39,549 nucleotides of DNA from a virus (taxonomy: Duplodnaviria; Caudoviricetes). Location of the stretch: IMG/VR virus record IMGVR_UViG_3300048577_000134, positions 1-39,549 of that record. The stretch is one strand, 5' to 3'. The position numbers and the translations under genes were made by a program. Shown in pieces: positions 24,872 to 32,920 of the stretch. Each line of letters begins with the position of its first letter. The stretch's first letter is position 1. The notes beneath the pieces were generated by a model. The model was not told where the DNA came from. It saw only the letters and a program-made list of their open reading frames with translations, and made no database searches.

Positions 24872-25678
24872 ATGCCACTCGATACTAACCTCAATCACAC
24901 TCGCGCCGAGATTCAGGGCACCATTCGCCTGCTCCTGGCGCTCGATGCCACGTCAAAAGCCGCAGCCATCTCCGCGGGCTTTGAAGAATTCGGCGACCTC
25001 CTCGGCTACGAAATCCAATCCGAGTCGAAGACCGAGCCCACGCTCAAGCCCGTCAATGGCGTAATGCGTCAGACGGACGAGACTCCCGGTATGCTCACGC
25101 TCGGCTATGAGGTGACGACCAAGGCCATTGCCGATGCGCGCAAGCTGAAGTATTTCCTTTCGGCTACCGCGGGCCAGGACTTGGCGCAGGCTGCCGTCAA
25201 TGCTCAGGCCGCTGACGCAATTGCCTTCACAGCGCAGGTTCCTGCCCTGCAAAATCGCTGGTACGACATTCTCAAGAACGGAGTGCGCCAGCGCTTCATT
25301 ACTGCGTTTGCCATTGCTGGAAAAGTCGAAGGTACGGACTTCATCGTCGACTACGAGAACGGCCAGGTGCGTTTCCCGAGCGCTGCCTATCTGCCGACGG
25401 CCAACGTCACGCCGACGATCACCGTCCCGGCCATCGACTCGGCTCATGCCAAGTTCATGCGCGGACTCAAGCCGATGCAGCAGCAGGTATGGCGCGGCTA
25501 CGCCCGCCTCTACGTGTACGACCAGAATCGCGCGAATCGCCTGGTCAAGGCGCACGAGGACTTCTCGTTCACGCTCACCGTCGGGAAGAACTTCGGTGTC
25601 AAACACGACGGTCAGTCCGAAGGCACGATCAAGCTCATGATAGCTGCCGACGAGGGCTCCATCCTTCATCGCGACTAA
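24872..25678 (+). CDS. Major tail tube protein (non-contractile)
   Basis: 268 aa, beta-rich, VEGTDFIVDYENGQV motif, biased codons; no sheath gene in the window. Confidence 0.72.
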   Translation: MPLDTNLNHTRAEIQGTIRLLLALDATSKAAAISAGFEEFGDLLGYEIQSESKTEPTLKPVNGVMRQTDETPGMLTLGYEVTTKAIADARKLKYFLSATAGQDLAQAAVNAQAADAIAFTAQVPALQNRWYDILKNGVRQRFITAFAIAGKVEGTDFIVDYENGQVRFPSAAYLPTANVTPTITVPAIDSAHAKFMRGLKPMQQQVWRGYARLYVYDQNRANRLVKAHEDFSFTLTVGKNFGVKHDGQSEGTIKLMIAADEGSILHRD

Positions 25679-25710
25679 TCTTAAGTCAGCAACACCACAT
25701 CGCTGAAATT

Positions 25711-27081
25711 ATGAATCTTATCCTTGAAACAACCACGGGGCAGCTCGTGCCTTCTGGGGTTGCGCCGCGCCTCCCGCGCGGAGGTGTCGAGACGGTTCTG
25801 GTGCAGTTCGTGACGAATGGTGTCGCGGCGCTGCTTCCGGCCGGAGCGCCCATTGCGCTCAAGCTGTATGCTCCGAGCGACCTGGCAAACCCCGTAGCTA
25901 CGCTGTCCGTATTCGCGGCCGTCGCAGCCGATCTGCTTTACTCCGGCCAGCTCGATACGCTGGCAGGAGGACTGGCATACCTGGAGCGAGGCACGCTTCA
26001 TGCGCGAGTCTCATACGGCACTCCGAACGTTGACTCGGCTTGGTTCCAGCTACTCTACGGCTCCTCACAGAGCGCATCCGGATCAAAACCGGTGAGCCTG
26101 GTCATTCCACAGCCTGTCGGCATGTCCTTGCTCTCGAAAGTCGATCTCGCTTCTCCGTGCCTGACGGCTACGGGCCTTGCAACGATGGCGATCAAAGCCG
26201 GCACGGCTATTGTCGTGGGTGGATCGCTGATCCAATTCGCAAACCAGACAGCGGTCGCAATGCCGGCGCACACCGTCGGAAAGGACTATGCTGTCTATGC
26301 TTGCTCTGATGGCGCATTGATCTCTTCGGAGAACTTCACCGCTCCTGCTGGATATACGACGACGACATCGCTCAAGATCGGCGGATATCACTACGGCCCA
26401 GGAGCGCTCGCAACGGCTCAGGCCGGAGGCGACACGACCCCGCAAATCATAGCGAAGTCGATCTGGGATTTGAAATACAAGCCCAGCGCGAACGATCCAA
26501 GGGGATTCTCCCGCACTCCCCACGGCTGGCGTGCACTGTATCCGCTGAACACTACGCCCCATCTGCTCGGCGTCTCCGCATACAATGCGACAATTGCCGA
26601 TGGTGCATCGCTCCCGGTAATCCCGCCAATTTTCGGAGGCGATGGCGCGGCCACATATCCAAACTTCAGCCGCTTTGTTGCCGAGGAGCTTCTCGCTGCA
26701 TTTGGCTGTCGGCTGCCTTCGACAGAAGAAAACGCGGCGTCTGCTTACGGCGTCACCGAAGGCACGTCTCGCGGGACCGATCCGGGCGTCACGTTATGCG
26801 ATGCTCCGCGGACGTCGCAGTATATGTATCAAGCCGCCGGCAATATGTGGGAGTGGCTCGCAGGCGAAACGGACAACCCGTCCGGCTCTTTCGCCTGGCA
26901 GGCCGCTCCGCAGGGGCGTGGCAGCGTCTATCACGTTACCCTCCGCGCGCCCTTGGGCGGCGGCTTTTGGGGCTTCGGCGCGGACTGCGGCTCTCGTTGC
27001 GTGTATTGGAACAGTTCGCCCTGGTATTCCGGCGACAACCTCGGGGCGCGCGCCTGCTGTGACCACATTCAACTTGTATGA
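25711..27081 (+). CDS. mtd: DGR target 1: Mtd-like tropism determinant (456 aa) with a distinct N-terminal domain
   Basis: IKAGT, GKDYAVYACSDG, NFTAPAGYT, KIGGYHY, AQAGGDTTPQI, SIWDLKYKP..DPRG, TIADG, FGGDG, GRGSVY and GARACCDHIQLV are colinear with BPP-1 Mtd. Confidence 0.94.
   Translation: MNLILETTTGQLVPSGVAPRLPRGGVETVLVQFVTNGVAALLPAGAPIALKLYAPSDLANPVATLSVFAAVAADLLYSGQLDTLAGGLAYLERGTLHARVSYGTPNVDSAWFQLLYGSSQSASGSKPVSLVIPQPVGMSLLSKVDLASPCLTATGLATMAIKAGTAIVVGGSLIQFANQTAVAMPAHTVGKDYAVYACSDGALISSENFTAPAGYTTTTSLKIGGYHYGPGALATAQAGGDTTPQIIAKSIWDLKYKPSANDPRGFSRTPHGWRALYPLNTTPHLLGVSAYNATIADGASLPVIPPIFGGDGAATYPNFSRFVAEELLAAFGCRLPSTEENAASAYGVTEGTSRGTDPGVTLCDAPRTSQYMYQAAGNMWEWLAGETDNPSGSFAWQAAPQGRGSVYHVTLRAPLGGGFWGFGADCGSRCVYWNSSPWYSGDNLGARACCDHIQLV
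26956..27063 (+). repeat. DGR variable repeat VR1
   Basis: 108 nt align ungapped to TR 27484-27591 with 13 mismatches, all at TR adenines. Confidence 0.97.
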
Positions 27082-27476
27082 GCGACGCGGAAGCGGCGCG
27101 GTCCGAAAGCGCAAATGAACATGATGCACCCTATGAACAACTGGCAGTCGTCGAACGCTACGAGCGGTTCGTCGATTACCTTTATCCCATCCTCATGGGA
27201 GTGCGTCGTGCTCACTACATTGTCCGAGATCGCGCCATTGGCGCGATGCTTGATCAAGTCTCATTATTTCAAGAGGCCGGGAAATCAAACCAGGTCTCAA
27301 AACTCTACGCAGCGGATGCTGGTCTCGCCACGCTGCGGTTTCTTTTGCGGTTCATGGCTTCTCCGAGTCGCAAGCTCATCTCTGCCCGTCAACACCAGGT
27401 CGCATCTGTCCTCCTGGCTGAATCAGGCAAAATGCTGGGCGCGTGGATTCGGAGGGTCAGGACTGCGAAGCGATAA
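27078..27476 (+). CDS. avd: DGR accessory variability determinant
   Basis: VERYE...YLYP, AGKSNQVSKLYAADAGLA.LRF.LRF, E.G.MLGAWI match bAvd. Confidence 0.95.
   Translation: MSDAEAARSESANEHDAPYEQLAVVERYERFVDYLYPILMGVRRAHYIVRDRAIGAMLDQVSLFQEAGKSNQVSKLYAADAGLATLRFLLRFMASPSRKLISARQHQVASVLLAESGKMLGAWIRRVRTAKR
27082..27099 (+). promoter_or_regulatory. Imperfect DGR hairpin of VR1
   Basis: GCGACGC-GGAA-GCGGCGC (one mismatch) directly after the stop, at nearly the same offset as the VR2 hairpin, inside the avd 5' end. Confidence 0.55.
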
Positions 27477-27483
27477 ACAGGGC

Positions 27484-27591
27484 AGCGGCGGCAATTGGGG
27501 CAACGGCGCGAACTGCGGCTCTCGTTGCGTGAATTGGAACAATTCGCCCTGGAATTCCAACAACAACATCGGGGCGCGCGCCTGCTGTGAC
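27484..27591 (+). ncRNA. DGR template repeat (TR)
   Basis: Between avd and RT. Ten AAY codons and 23 adenines. Ends in the GC run GGGGCGCGCGCC and an IMH* that diverges from both VRs. Confidence 0.97.
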
Positions 27592-27756
27592 GACACGTCA
27601 TCGGCTTTCACAACGCCAGGACGCTCACGGGCGCCTGGACTGACCGAGAAATCAAGTGGTCAGCCTGTTTATCGTGCTTCGGCGAACACACTGCTAGGTA
27701 GGGTCGCAGGGAGTAGGCTCAATCGAGTTCGAAGCCTGTTAGACCCTCAATTTTTC
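27592..27756 (+). ncRNA. DGR RNA spacer with stem-loops
   Basis: CCAGG/CCTGG (27616-27638), CTGACC/GGTCAG (27640-27663), AGGGTC/GACCCT (27700-27747). Confidence 0.6.
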
Positions 27757-28743
27757 GTGGGGAAAAAACACCGAAATTTGTACCCGGCCATAATTGACAT
27801 GGACAACCTTCGCACAGCGTTTAGTCTGACGCGGAGGGGCAAAGGTAATACCCTGGGCTTTCTCGAATACAAAGAGGACGCGGAGGTCCGCCTCTTTGAG
27901 CTACACGAGGCGCTCGCCTCCGGCTCTTACACTCCGGCTCCTCCAGCCGAGTTTATCGTCTATGAGCCAAAGCCTCGGCAAATTTCCGCTCTGCGCTTCC
28001 CGGATCGCGTAGCTCAGCACGCGCTCTGTCGCGTGATCGGCCCCATCTTCGACTCGACGCTCCTGTCGCGTTGCTACGCCTGCCGTGTCGGTCGCGGCAC
28101 GCACTATGGCGTCCTGGCCGTACAGTCAGAGCTTCGGAGGATGCTCGCAGCCCAGGGCGACCTCTATTTTCTCAAGACGGATTTTCGCCACTACTTCGCG
28201 TCGATCAATCGCCCGCGCCTCTGGCGAGAAATCGAGCGAAAGATCAGCTGCCGGAAAACGCTCGAACTCATCGAGCGCTTCCTCCCGCGTGAAGGCTGCG
28301 GTCTGCCCATCGGTAACCTTACCAGCCAGCTTTTCGCAAACGTTTACGGAGGCATTTTCGACCGCTGGATGGTCTCTCAAGGTGTCCGTCATTGGCATCG
28401 GTACATGGACGATGTCGTCGTCCTGGGCGGTGCCGAATGGCGCCCGATGGTTCAGCTTCTCAAGTCCGCCGAGTCCTTCGCCCGCGATGAAATGGGCCTG
28501 GGGCTCTCGCGTTGGATGGTCGCCAACTACGAGCGCGGCATCAACTACCTGGGCTATCGCATTTTTCCGACGCACAAGCTGCTCCGCAAATCCTCCGTGA
28601 TTCGCGCCAGGCGCAAGCTTCGAGTCTTCGAGCGCCGCGGAAATACCGAGGCTCGCTCTCGCTTCCTGGCTTCGTGGATGGGTCACGCCTCCTGGGCGGA
28701 CAGCCATAATCTCCTTTCATCGCTCAACCTCAACATCGCATAA
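27757..28743 (+). CDS. brt: DGR reverse transcriptase (328 aa)
   Basis: GTG start MGKKHRNL; YEPKPRQISAL, DRVAQHAL, GTH, LKTDF, GLPIGNLTSQLFANVY, RYMDD, YLGYRI. Intact frame. Confidence 0.97.
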   Translation: MGKKHRNLYPAIIDMDNLRTAFSLTRRGKGNTLGFLEYKEDAEVRLFELHEALASGSYTPAPPAEFIVYEPKPRQISALRFPDRVAQHALCRVIGPIFDSTLLSRCYACRVGRGTHYGVLAVQSELRRMLAAQGDLYFLKTDFRHYFASINRPRLWREIERKISCRKTLELIERFLPREGCGLPIGNLTSQLFANVYGGIFDRWMVSQGVRHWHRYMDDVVVLGGAEWRPMVQLLKSAESFARDEMGLGLSRWMVANYERGINYLGYRIFPTHKLLRKSSVIRARRKLRVFERRGNTEARSRFLASWMGHASWADSHNLLSSLNLNIA

Positions 28744-28745
28744 AA

Positions 28746-29324
28746 ATGACTCCGATAATCAACACGCGCGCCGACCTCGACGCCCTCGCCGGCACTCCGG
28801 CTTTCATCGCTGCCCTCACGCAGCTCAACGCCACGCGTTCCGTCAGCCTTACTATCCTGGAGCGCTTCGGCTTTCCCTCCGACGCCGAGTGGGAGGCTTA
28901 TCTCGCCTCCGCAGGCCATCCCCTTGAAAAGCCCGCGCCCTACGTCGCACCGATCAAGTCGCTCGACGAGGCCCGCAAGGAGGCTAAGGCCAAGCTCGGC
29001 ACGCGTCGCTTCGAGGTCGAGACGGGTGGTGTCGTTGTCTCAAGCGCACCTGTCGCGACCGACCGCCAGAGTCAGTCTATGATCCTCGCCGCTCTCGTGC
29101 AGCTCGCCGCCGACGAGAAGGTGCAGTGGAAGGGCTCCGACGGAATCTTCCGCGAGACGACGCGCGACCAGCTCGCCGCCATCGCTCGCGCAGTGAAAAA
29201 CCACGTCCAGGCCTGCTTCGCGCGCGAAGCTGAACTGGTCGAGTTGCTCGACCTGGCCACGACAACCGAGGACATCGAGTCCCTTTCCGACGAGATCGCG
29301 GCCTTCTGGCCCGCCTCCTCGTAA
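28746..29324 (+). CDS. DUF4376-domain tail fibre-associated protein
   Basis: RRFEVETGG, TDRQSQ, WKGSDG, HVQACFARE motifs. Confidence 0.8.
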   Translation: MTPIINTRADLDALAGTPAFIAALTQLNATRSVSLTILERFGFPSDAEWEAYLASAGHPLEKPAPYVAPIKSLDEARKEAKAKLGTRRFEVETGGVVVSSAPVATDRQSQSMILAALVQLAADEKVQWKGSDGIFRETTRDQLAAIARAVKNHVQACFAREAELVELLDLATTTEDIESLSDEIAAFWPASS

Positions 29325-29357
29325 TCCGAACCACACAACCCGCAACCCATCGTTACC

Positions 29358-29762
29358 ATGTCCATCACGACAATCAAACAGCGCACCATCACCATCGAGC
29401 TTTCTGGCCGCAAGGTCGTCGTCCGCCGCGTCAAGTGGCAGGCTGCACGCGCCTTCATCAAGAAGCTTTCCGAGCACCTGGCTAAGGTCGGCATCAACCT
29501 GAGCGACGCCCTCACGCAGTTGCCTCAGCTTATCGCAGGCGCCGAAGAACTCGCCACCGATCTCGTCATCAACTCGACCGACCTCAAGGCCGAGGACTTC
29601 GACCAGCTCGACATCGCCGAGGCCGCAGCCGTGCTTGCCGCCGCAGTCGAACTCAACCTGGGCGAAGAACTAAAAAACTCCTTCGCCGGCATCGCAGCCA
29701 ATCTGGGTGCGCTGAAGCCGGCGACGAAGATGAGCAGTGGGGCCGAACCTACGCTATCCTGA
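29358..29762 (+). CDS. Tail assembly chaperone (G-like)
   Basis: 134 aa upstream of the tape measure gene; contains a slippery site. Confidence 0.75.
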   Translation: MSITTIKQRTITIELSGRKVVVRRVKWQAARAFIKKLSEHLAKVGINLSDALTQLPQLIAGAEELATDLVINSTDLKAEDFDQLDIAEAAAVLAAAVELNLGEELKNSFAGIAANLGALKPATKMSSGAEPTLS

Positions 29763-29875
29763 TCGAGGCCGGCCACTCCGCTGCCTACCTCGACGAATGC
29801 ACTTTCTTTGATCTCGATCTCTTCTCTCGGCAGCACGCCGAAATCATGAAGCAACGCGGGCCGCGCCTGTTCTAG
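29672..29875 (+). other. Programmed -1 frameshift site and GT-like extension
   Basis: In-frame A-AAA-AAC at 29672-29678. The -1 frame is open to TAG 29873-29875 and encodes WGRTYAILIEAGHSAAYLDECTFFDLDLF. Confidence 0.75.
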
Positions 29876-30054
29876 GCGCCCCGCTTCTTCTTCGGCCAGA
29901 GGAGAGCAGCACAGGCAAATACCACGCAGCAAAGCACCGTCTGACTCGCTCCGCTGCTCCAGCCAGCCGCCAGCCCTTCACACGCAAGCACACCGCACAC
30001 CAAGCACAGCAGGAGCGCGAGAGGCGCGAGAATAATTCCGAGCAACATACTCAT
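29872..30054 (-). CDS. Small antisense two-TM membrane protein (about 60 aa)
   Basis: Two hydrophobic helices and a KKKR tail; exactly fills the gap between the chaperone extension and the TMP gene. Confidence 0.55.
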   Translation of the reverse strand: MSMLLGIILAPLALLLCLVCGVLACEGLAAGWSSGASQTVLCCVVFACAALLWPKKKRGA

Positions 30055-32917
30055 GGCGACACCCAATAAACTCGAAGTCATCCTTTCCTTCAAGCCTCTG
30101 ATGGATGGCCTAAACCGCTTCATTTCGGGCTACCAAACCCGGATGGCGCAGGTGCAGGCTTTCAATCAGCGCATCCAGAATGGAGAGGCCGCTGTACAGA
30201 AGGCGCTCGCCCAGGTGGGCGCAGTGCTCGGTGGAGCCGCCTTGGTTAAGTATGCTAAGGACGCTCGCGAAGCGGACCAGATTCAACAGCAGCTCAATCG
30301 CACTCTTGAAAGGACGGGAGAGAGCGGAGCCGCCGATGCGCTCAATGCTCAGGCCACGGCTTTGCAGCGCGTGACAAAGTTCAGCGACGAATCAGTCTCT
30401 ACCGTCCAGCGCCTCTTGATCTCCTTTGGCCTGACCGGACAGCAAGCCGAGGCCATGACTGAGAATGTCTTGGACTTGGCTCAGGAGACGGGGCAGTCGG
30501 CGGAATCCGCAGCCATGCTGATCGGACGCACGCTTCGTGGTGAGACTGATGAGCTTGGTCGACTCAACATCAAGCTCGATACCACTAAGGGCAAGGTGGA
30601 CTCGATTCGAGAAGCCCTTAAGAAGTTTGCAGGCGGCGCCGCAAGGGGTGCCGTAGCAGACAAGGCCGGGCGAGATATTGAGGCTCGCTATGCAGACGCG
30701 ACGGAAAACATAGGCCGCGTTGCGAACACCGCGGCAGTGCCGTTTTTTCAGGCGCTTCTCCCTCTGCTTGAAAAGTTCTCCGCGTGGGCTACGGCAAACG
30801 CCGGGAATATCGCTGCTATCGCTCGGAGCATGGGAGATATTGCGGTGCAGGCCGCTCCTGCGGTGGTTGGGTTTGGTGCCCTCAAGGGTGCGATGACAGC
30901 AGTGTCGATGGTGCTTAATCCGCTTAGAGAGCTTGTAGTGGCTTTTTCCGGACGTTCGCTCGTCGAGCTGTCAAACCAGCTCGCGAAATCCTCCGGAGGT
31001 TTCTCAGGCTTGTGGACCACGCTGAAAAACGGAGGCGGTGCGATCACCGGAATCGGCTCTGCTCTGTCTGTCATGGGAAGCGTCGCTGCTGCGGCCTTTG
31101 CCGGATGGCAGCTAGGGTCAATGATCAACGAGCTTGAGGTGTCCGGACTCAAGGTGAAGGACTGGGCTGCGATCATCCTGGTGTACGTCCAGGACAAGGT
31201 CGGAGCCGTCTGGGCCGATATGCGCAAGGCCTGGGCAATCACCAAGGAGGCGGGCCTCGCGTTTTGGGACGCGCTGAAGATCGCAACGATCATAGGCGTG
31301 ATGATGATCCTGGACGCTTGGAACAAGCTCCCATTCGGGAAGAAGTTCGATCTAAGTCCGCTGAGGGATGAGCTGGATAAAACCGCCACGCACCTCGCAA
31401 ATACTGGCGCACGTCTGAAGTATGAGCTTGGCAAGATCGACAAGGATCGCATCGCTCAGATGGCCGAAAACGCCGAGCTGATCGCGTTTATTGAGAAGAC
31501 AGGCAAGGCCGCGAATCAGCCAACCGCTACAAAGCCAGCGGCTGCCACGACGACCCGGACCGATCTCAACACTGAGCATTTCGGAGATACGGATGCGGCT
31601 AAAAAGGCAGCCAAAGACCTAGCAGACAAGAGAGCGCTCTATGCGGCCGAAACTAGAATCATCGAGGCGAAGGTCATCGGAAATCAGAAGCTAGTCGACG
31701 AACTCACGCGCCAGAAAGATCGCACGCAAGCACTGGCTGAGCTTGGTGCCGATGCGGTAAAGATCGTCGACGAGCGGATTGACGCGGAGAAGCGACTCAC
31801 CGATGTGCAGCGGAAACGCCAGGAAGATGAGCAGAATTTATCCAGGAGAATAGCTTCCGGGGAAGAGTCGCTTCAGTTGATTGAGCAGAGCAAGTTTTTG
31901 ACTCAAGACCAGAAGGACTTGGCGCGCATCGAAATTCTCAAGAAGATAAATAGCCAGATAGAAGCCCGGATAACTCTCCTTGAAAAAGAGCAGGCGCTCA
32001 ATCCAAGCCCAGACAGGCAACAGCAGATTGACGACTTACGATCCAAGCGGGGTCAGAATCAAGCATCTATCGCAGATGCGACTCCGTTAACATTTTCTCA
32101 GAGCGTTGCCGCTGGTCTGAACGACTATCTGGCACAGACACAGACGCTCATCAATCAAGTGCGTGCCGGGGTGCAGAGTATTGGCCAGGCCCTTCAGACT
32201 GGCATCGCTTCGTCGATATCAGGGCTAATCAACCGAACGATGACTTGGCGCGATGCTCTTCTGAATATCGGCCAGGCCGTCGTCCAGGGCTTAATTAATG
32301 CCTTTGCAAATATGGCCGCACAATGGATCGCGAAGCAGATCATGATGGCCATATTTGGAAAGGCGTTGCAGGCGGCTCAACTGGCGGCCCTCGCTCCTAT
32401 TGCTGCTGCAGCCGCGATGCTGTGGGCTCCTGCTGCAACGGCCGCCAGTATTGCAACGCTAGGATCGGCCGCAATCGAAGGCGCTGCGACCGCCAAGATG
32501 GCAATTGTCTCATCTGCGCTCGGGCTTGCAACTGGCGGCATTGTGCGTGGCCCAGGAACCGGAACATCTGATTCGATTCTCGCCCGTCTATCGAATGGTG
32601 AAGGCGTGCTCAATGCACGGGCTACTTCGCTAGTAGGTGAAGACTTCATAAACAGTCTCAACGCCGGAGCGCTTAGTCTCGCAGCCTTGCCGGCTAGTGT
32701 AGCATCTCAACTGCCTTCTGCTGCATCTTCCGCTCGGTCGTCTTCTCCGACATTGTTATCTGCCGATTCTACCGGTCAGGGAGGCGCTCCTCGGGTCAAT
32801 GTAGCCTACTTCAATGACGAGGCTGCTGCGATGTCTTGGCTCAATAAGCAGAGCGGACGAAAGGTGCTTTATCGTCGCCTCAACCAGGAACGAAGCGAAC
32901 TCGGATTGGAATCCTGA
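30053..32917 (+). CDS. Tail tape measure protein
   Basis: 954 aa, Ala-rich and helical; C-terminal ATGGIVRGPGTGTSDSILARLSNGEGVLNA motif. Confidence 0.93.
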   Translation: MATPNKLEVILSFKPLMDGLNRFISGYQTRMAQVQAFNQRIQNGEAAVQKALAQVGAVLGGAALVKYAKDAREADQIQQQLNRTLERTGESGAADALNAQATALQRVTKFSDESVSTVQRLLISFGLTGQQAEAMTENVLDLAQETGQSAESAAMLIGRTLRGETDELGRLNIKLDTTKGKVDSIREALKKFAGGAARGAVADKAGRDIEARYADATENIGRVANTAAVPFFQALLPLLEKFSAWATANAGNIAAIARSMGDIAVQAAPAVVGFGALKGAMTAVSMVLNPLRELVVAFSGRSLVELSNQLAKSSGGFSGLWTTLKNGGGAITGIGSALSVMGSVAAAAFAGWQLGSMINELEVSGLKVKDWAAIILVYVQDKVGAVWADMRKAWAITKEAGLAFWDALKIATIIGVMMILDAWNKLPFGKKFDLSPLRDELDKTATHLANTGARLKYELGKIDKDRIAQMAENAELIAFIEKTGKAANQPTATKPAAATTTRTDLNTEHFGDTDAAKKAAKDLADKRALYAAETRIIEAKVIGNQKLVDELTRQKDRTQALAELGADAVKIVDERIDAEKRLTDVQRKRQEDEQNLSRRIASGEESLQLIEQSKFLTQDQKDLARIEILKKINSQIEARITLLEKEQALNPSPDRQQQIDDLRSKRGQNQASIADATPLTFSQSVAAGLNDYLAQTQTLINQVRAGVQSIGQALQTGIASSISGLINRTMTWRDALLNIGQAVVQGLINAFANMAAQWIAKQIMMAIFGKALQAAQLAALAPIAAAAAMLWAPAATAASIATLGSAAIEGAATAKMAIVSSALGLATGGIVRGPGTGTSDSILARLSNGEGVLNARATSLVGEDFINSLNAGALSLAALPASVASQLPSAASSARSSSPTLLSADSTGQGGAPRVNVAYFNDEAAAMSWLNKQSGRKVLYRRLNQERSELGLES

Positions 32918-32920
32918 CCC

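Noticed and set aside
25489-25710. N-terminal extension of the 530-aa Mtd ORF
   Set aside because: Overlaps the tail tube gene and is Arg-rich shadow sequence; ATG 25711 fits better.
27115-28743. 542-aa ORF fusing the TR to the RT
   Set aside because: The upstream part overlaps avd out of frame and runs through the TR and spacer RNA. RT homology starts at GTG 27757 (MGKKHRNL) and gives a normal 328-aa enzyme. The open frame is explained by the stop-free TR and high GC.
27484-28743. Retron, group II intron or CRISPR-associated RT interpretation
   Set aside because: avd, adenine-specific TR/VR pairs and the LPIGNLTSQ motif identify a DGR; there is no intron, msr/msd or cas context.
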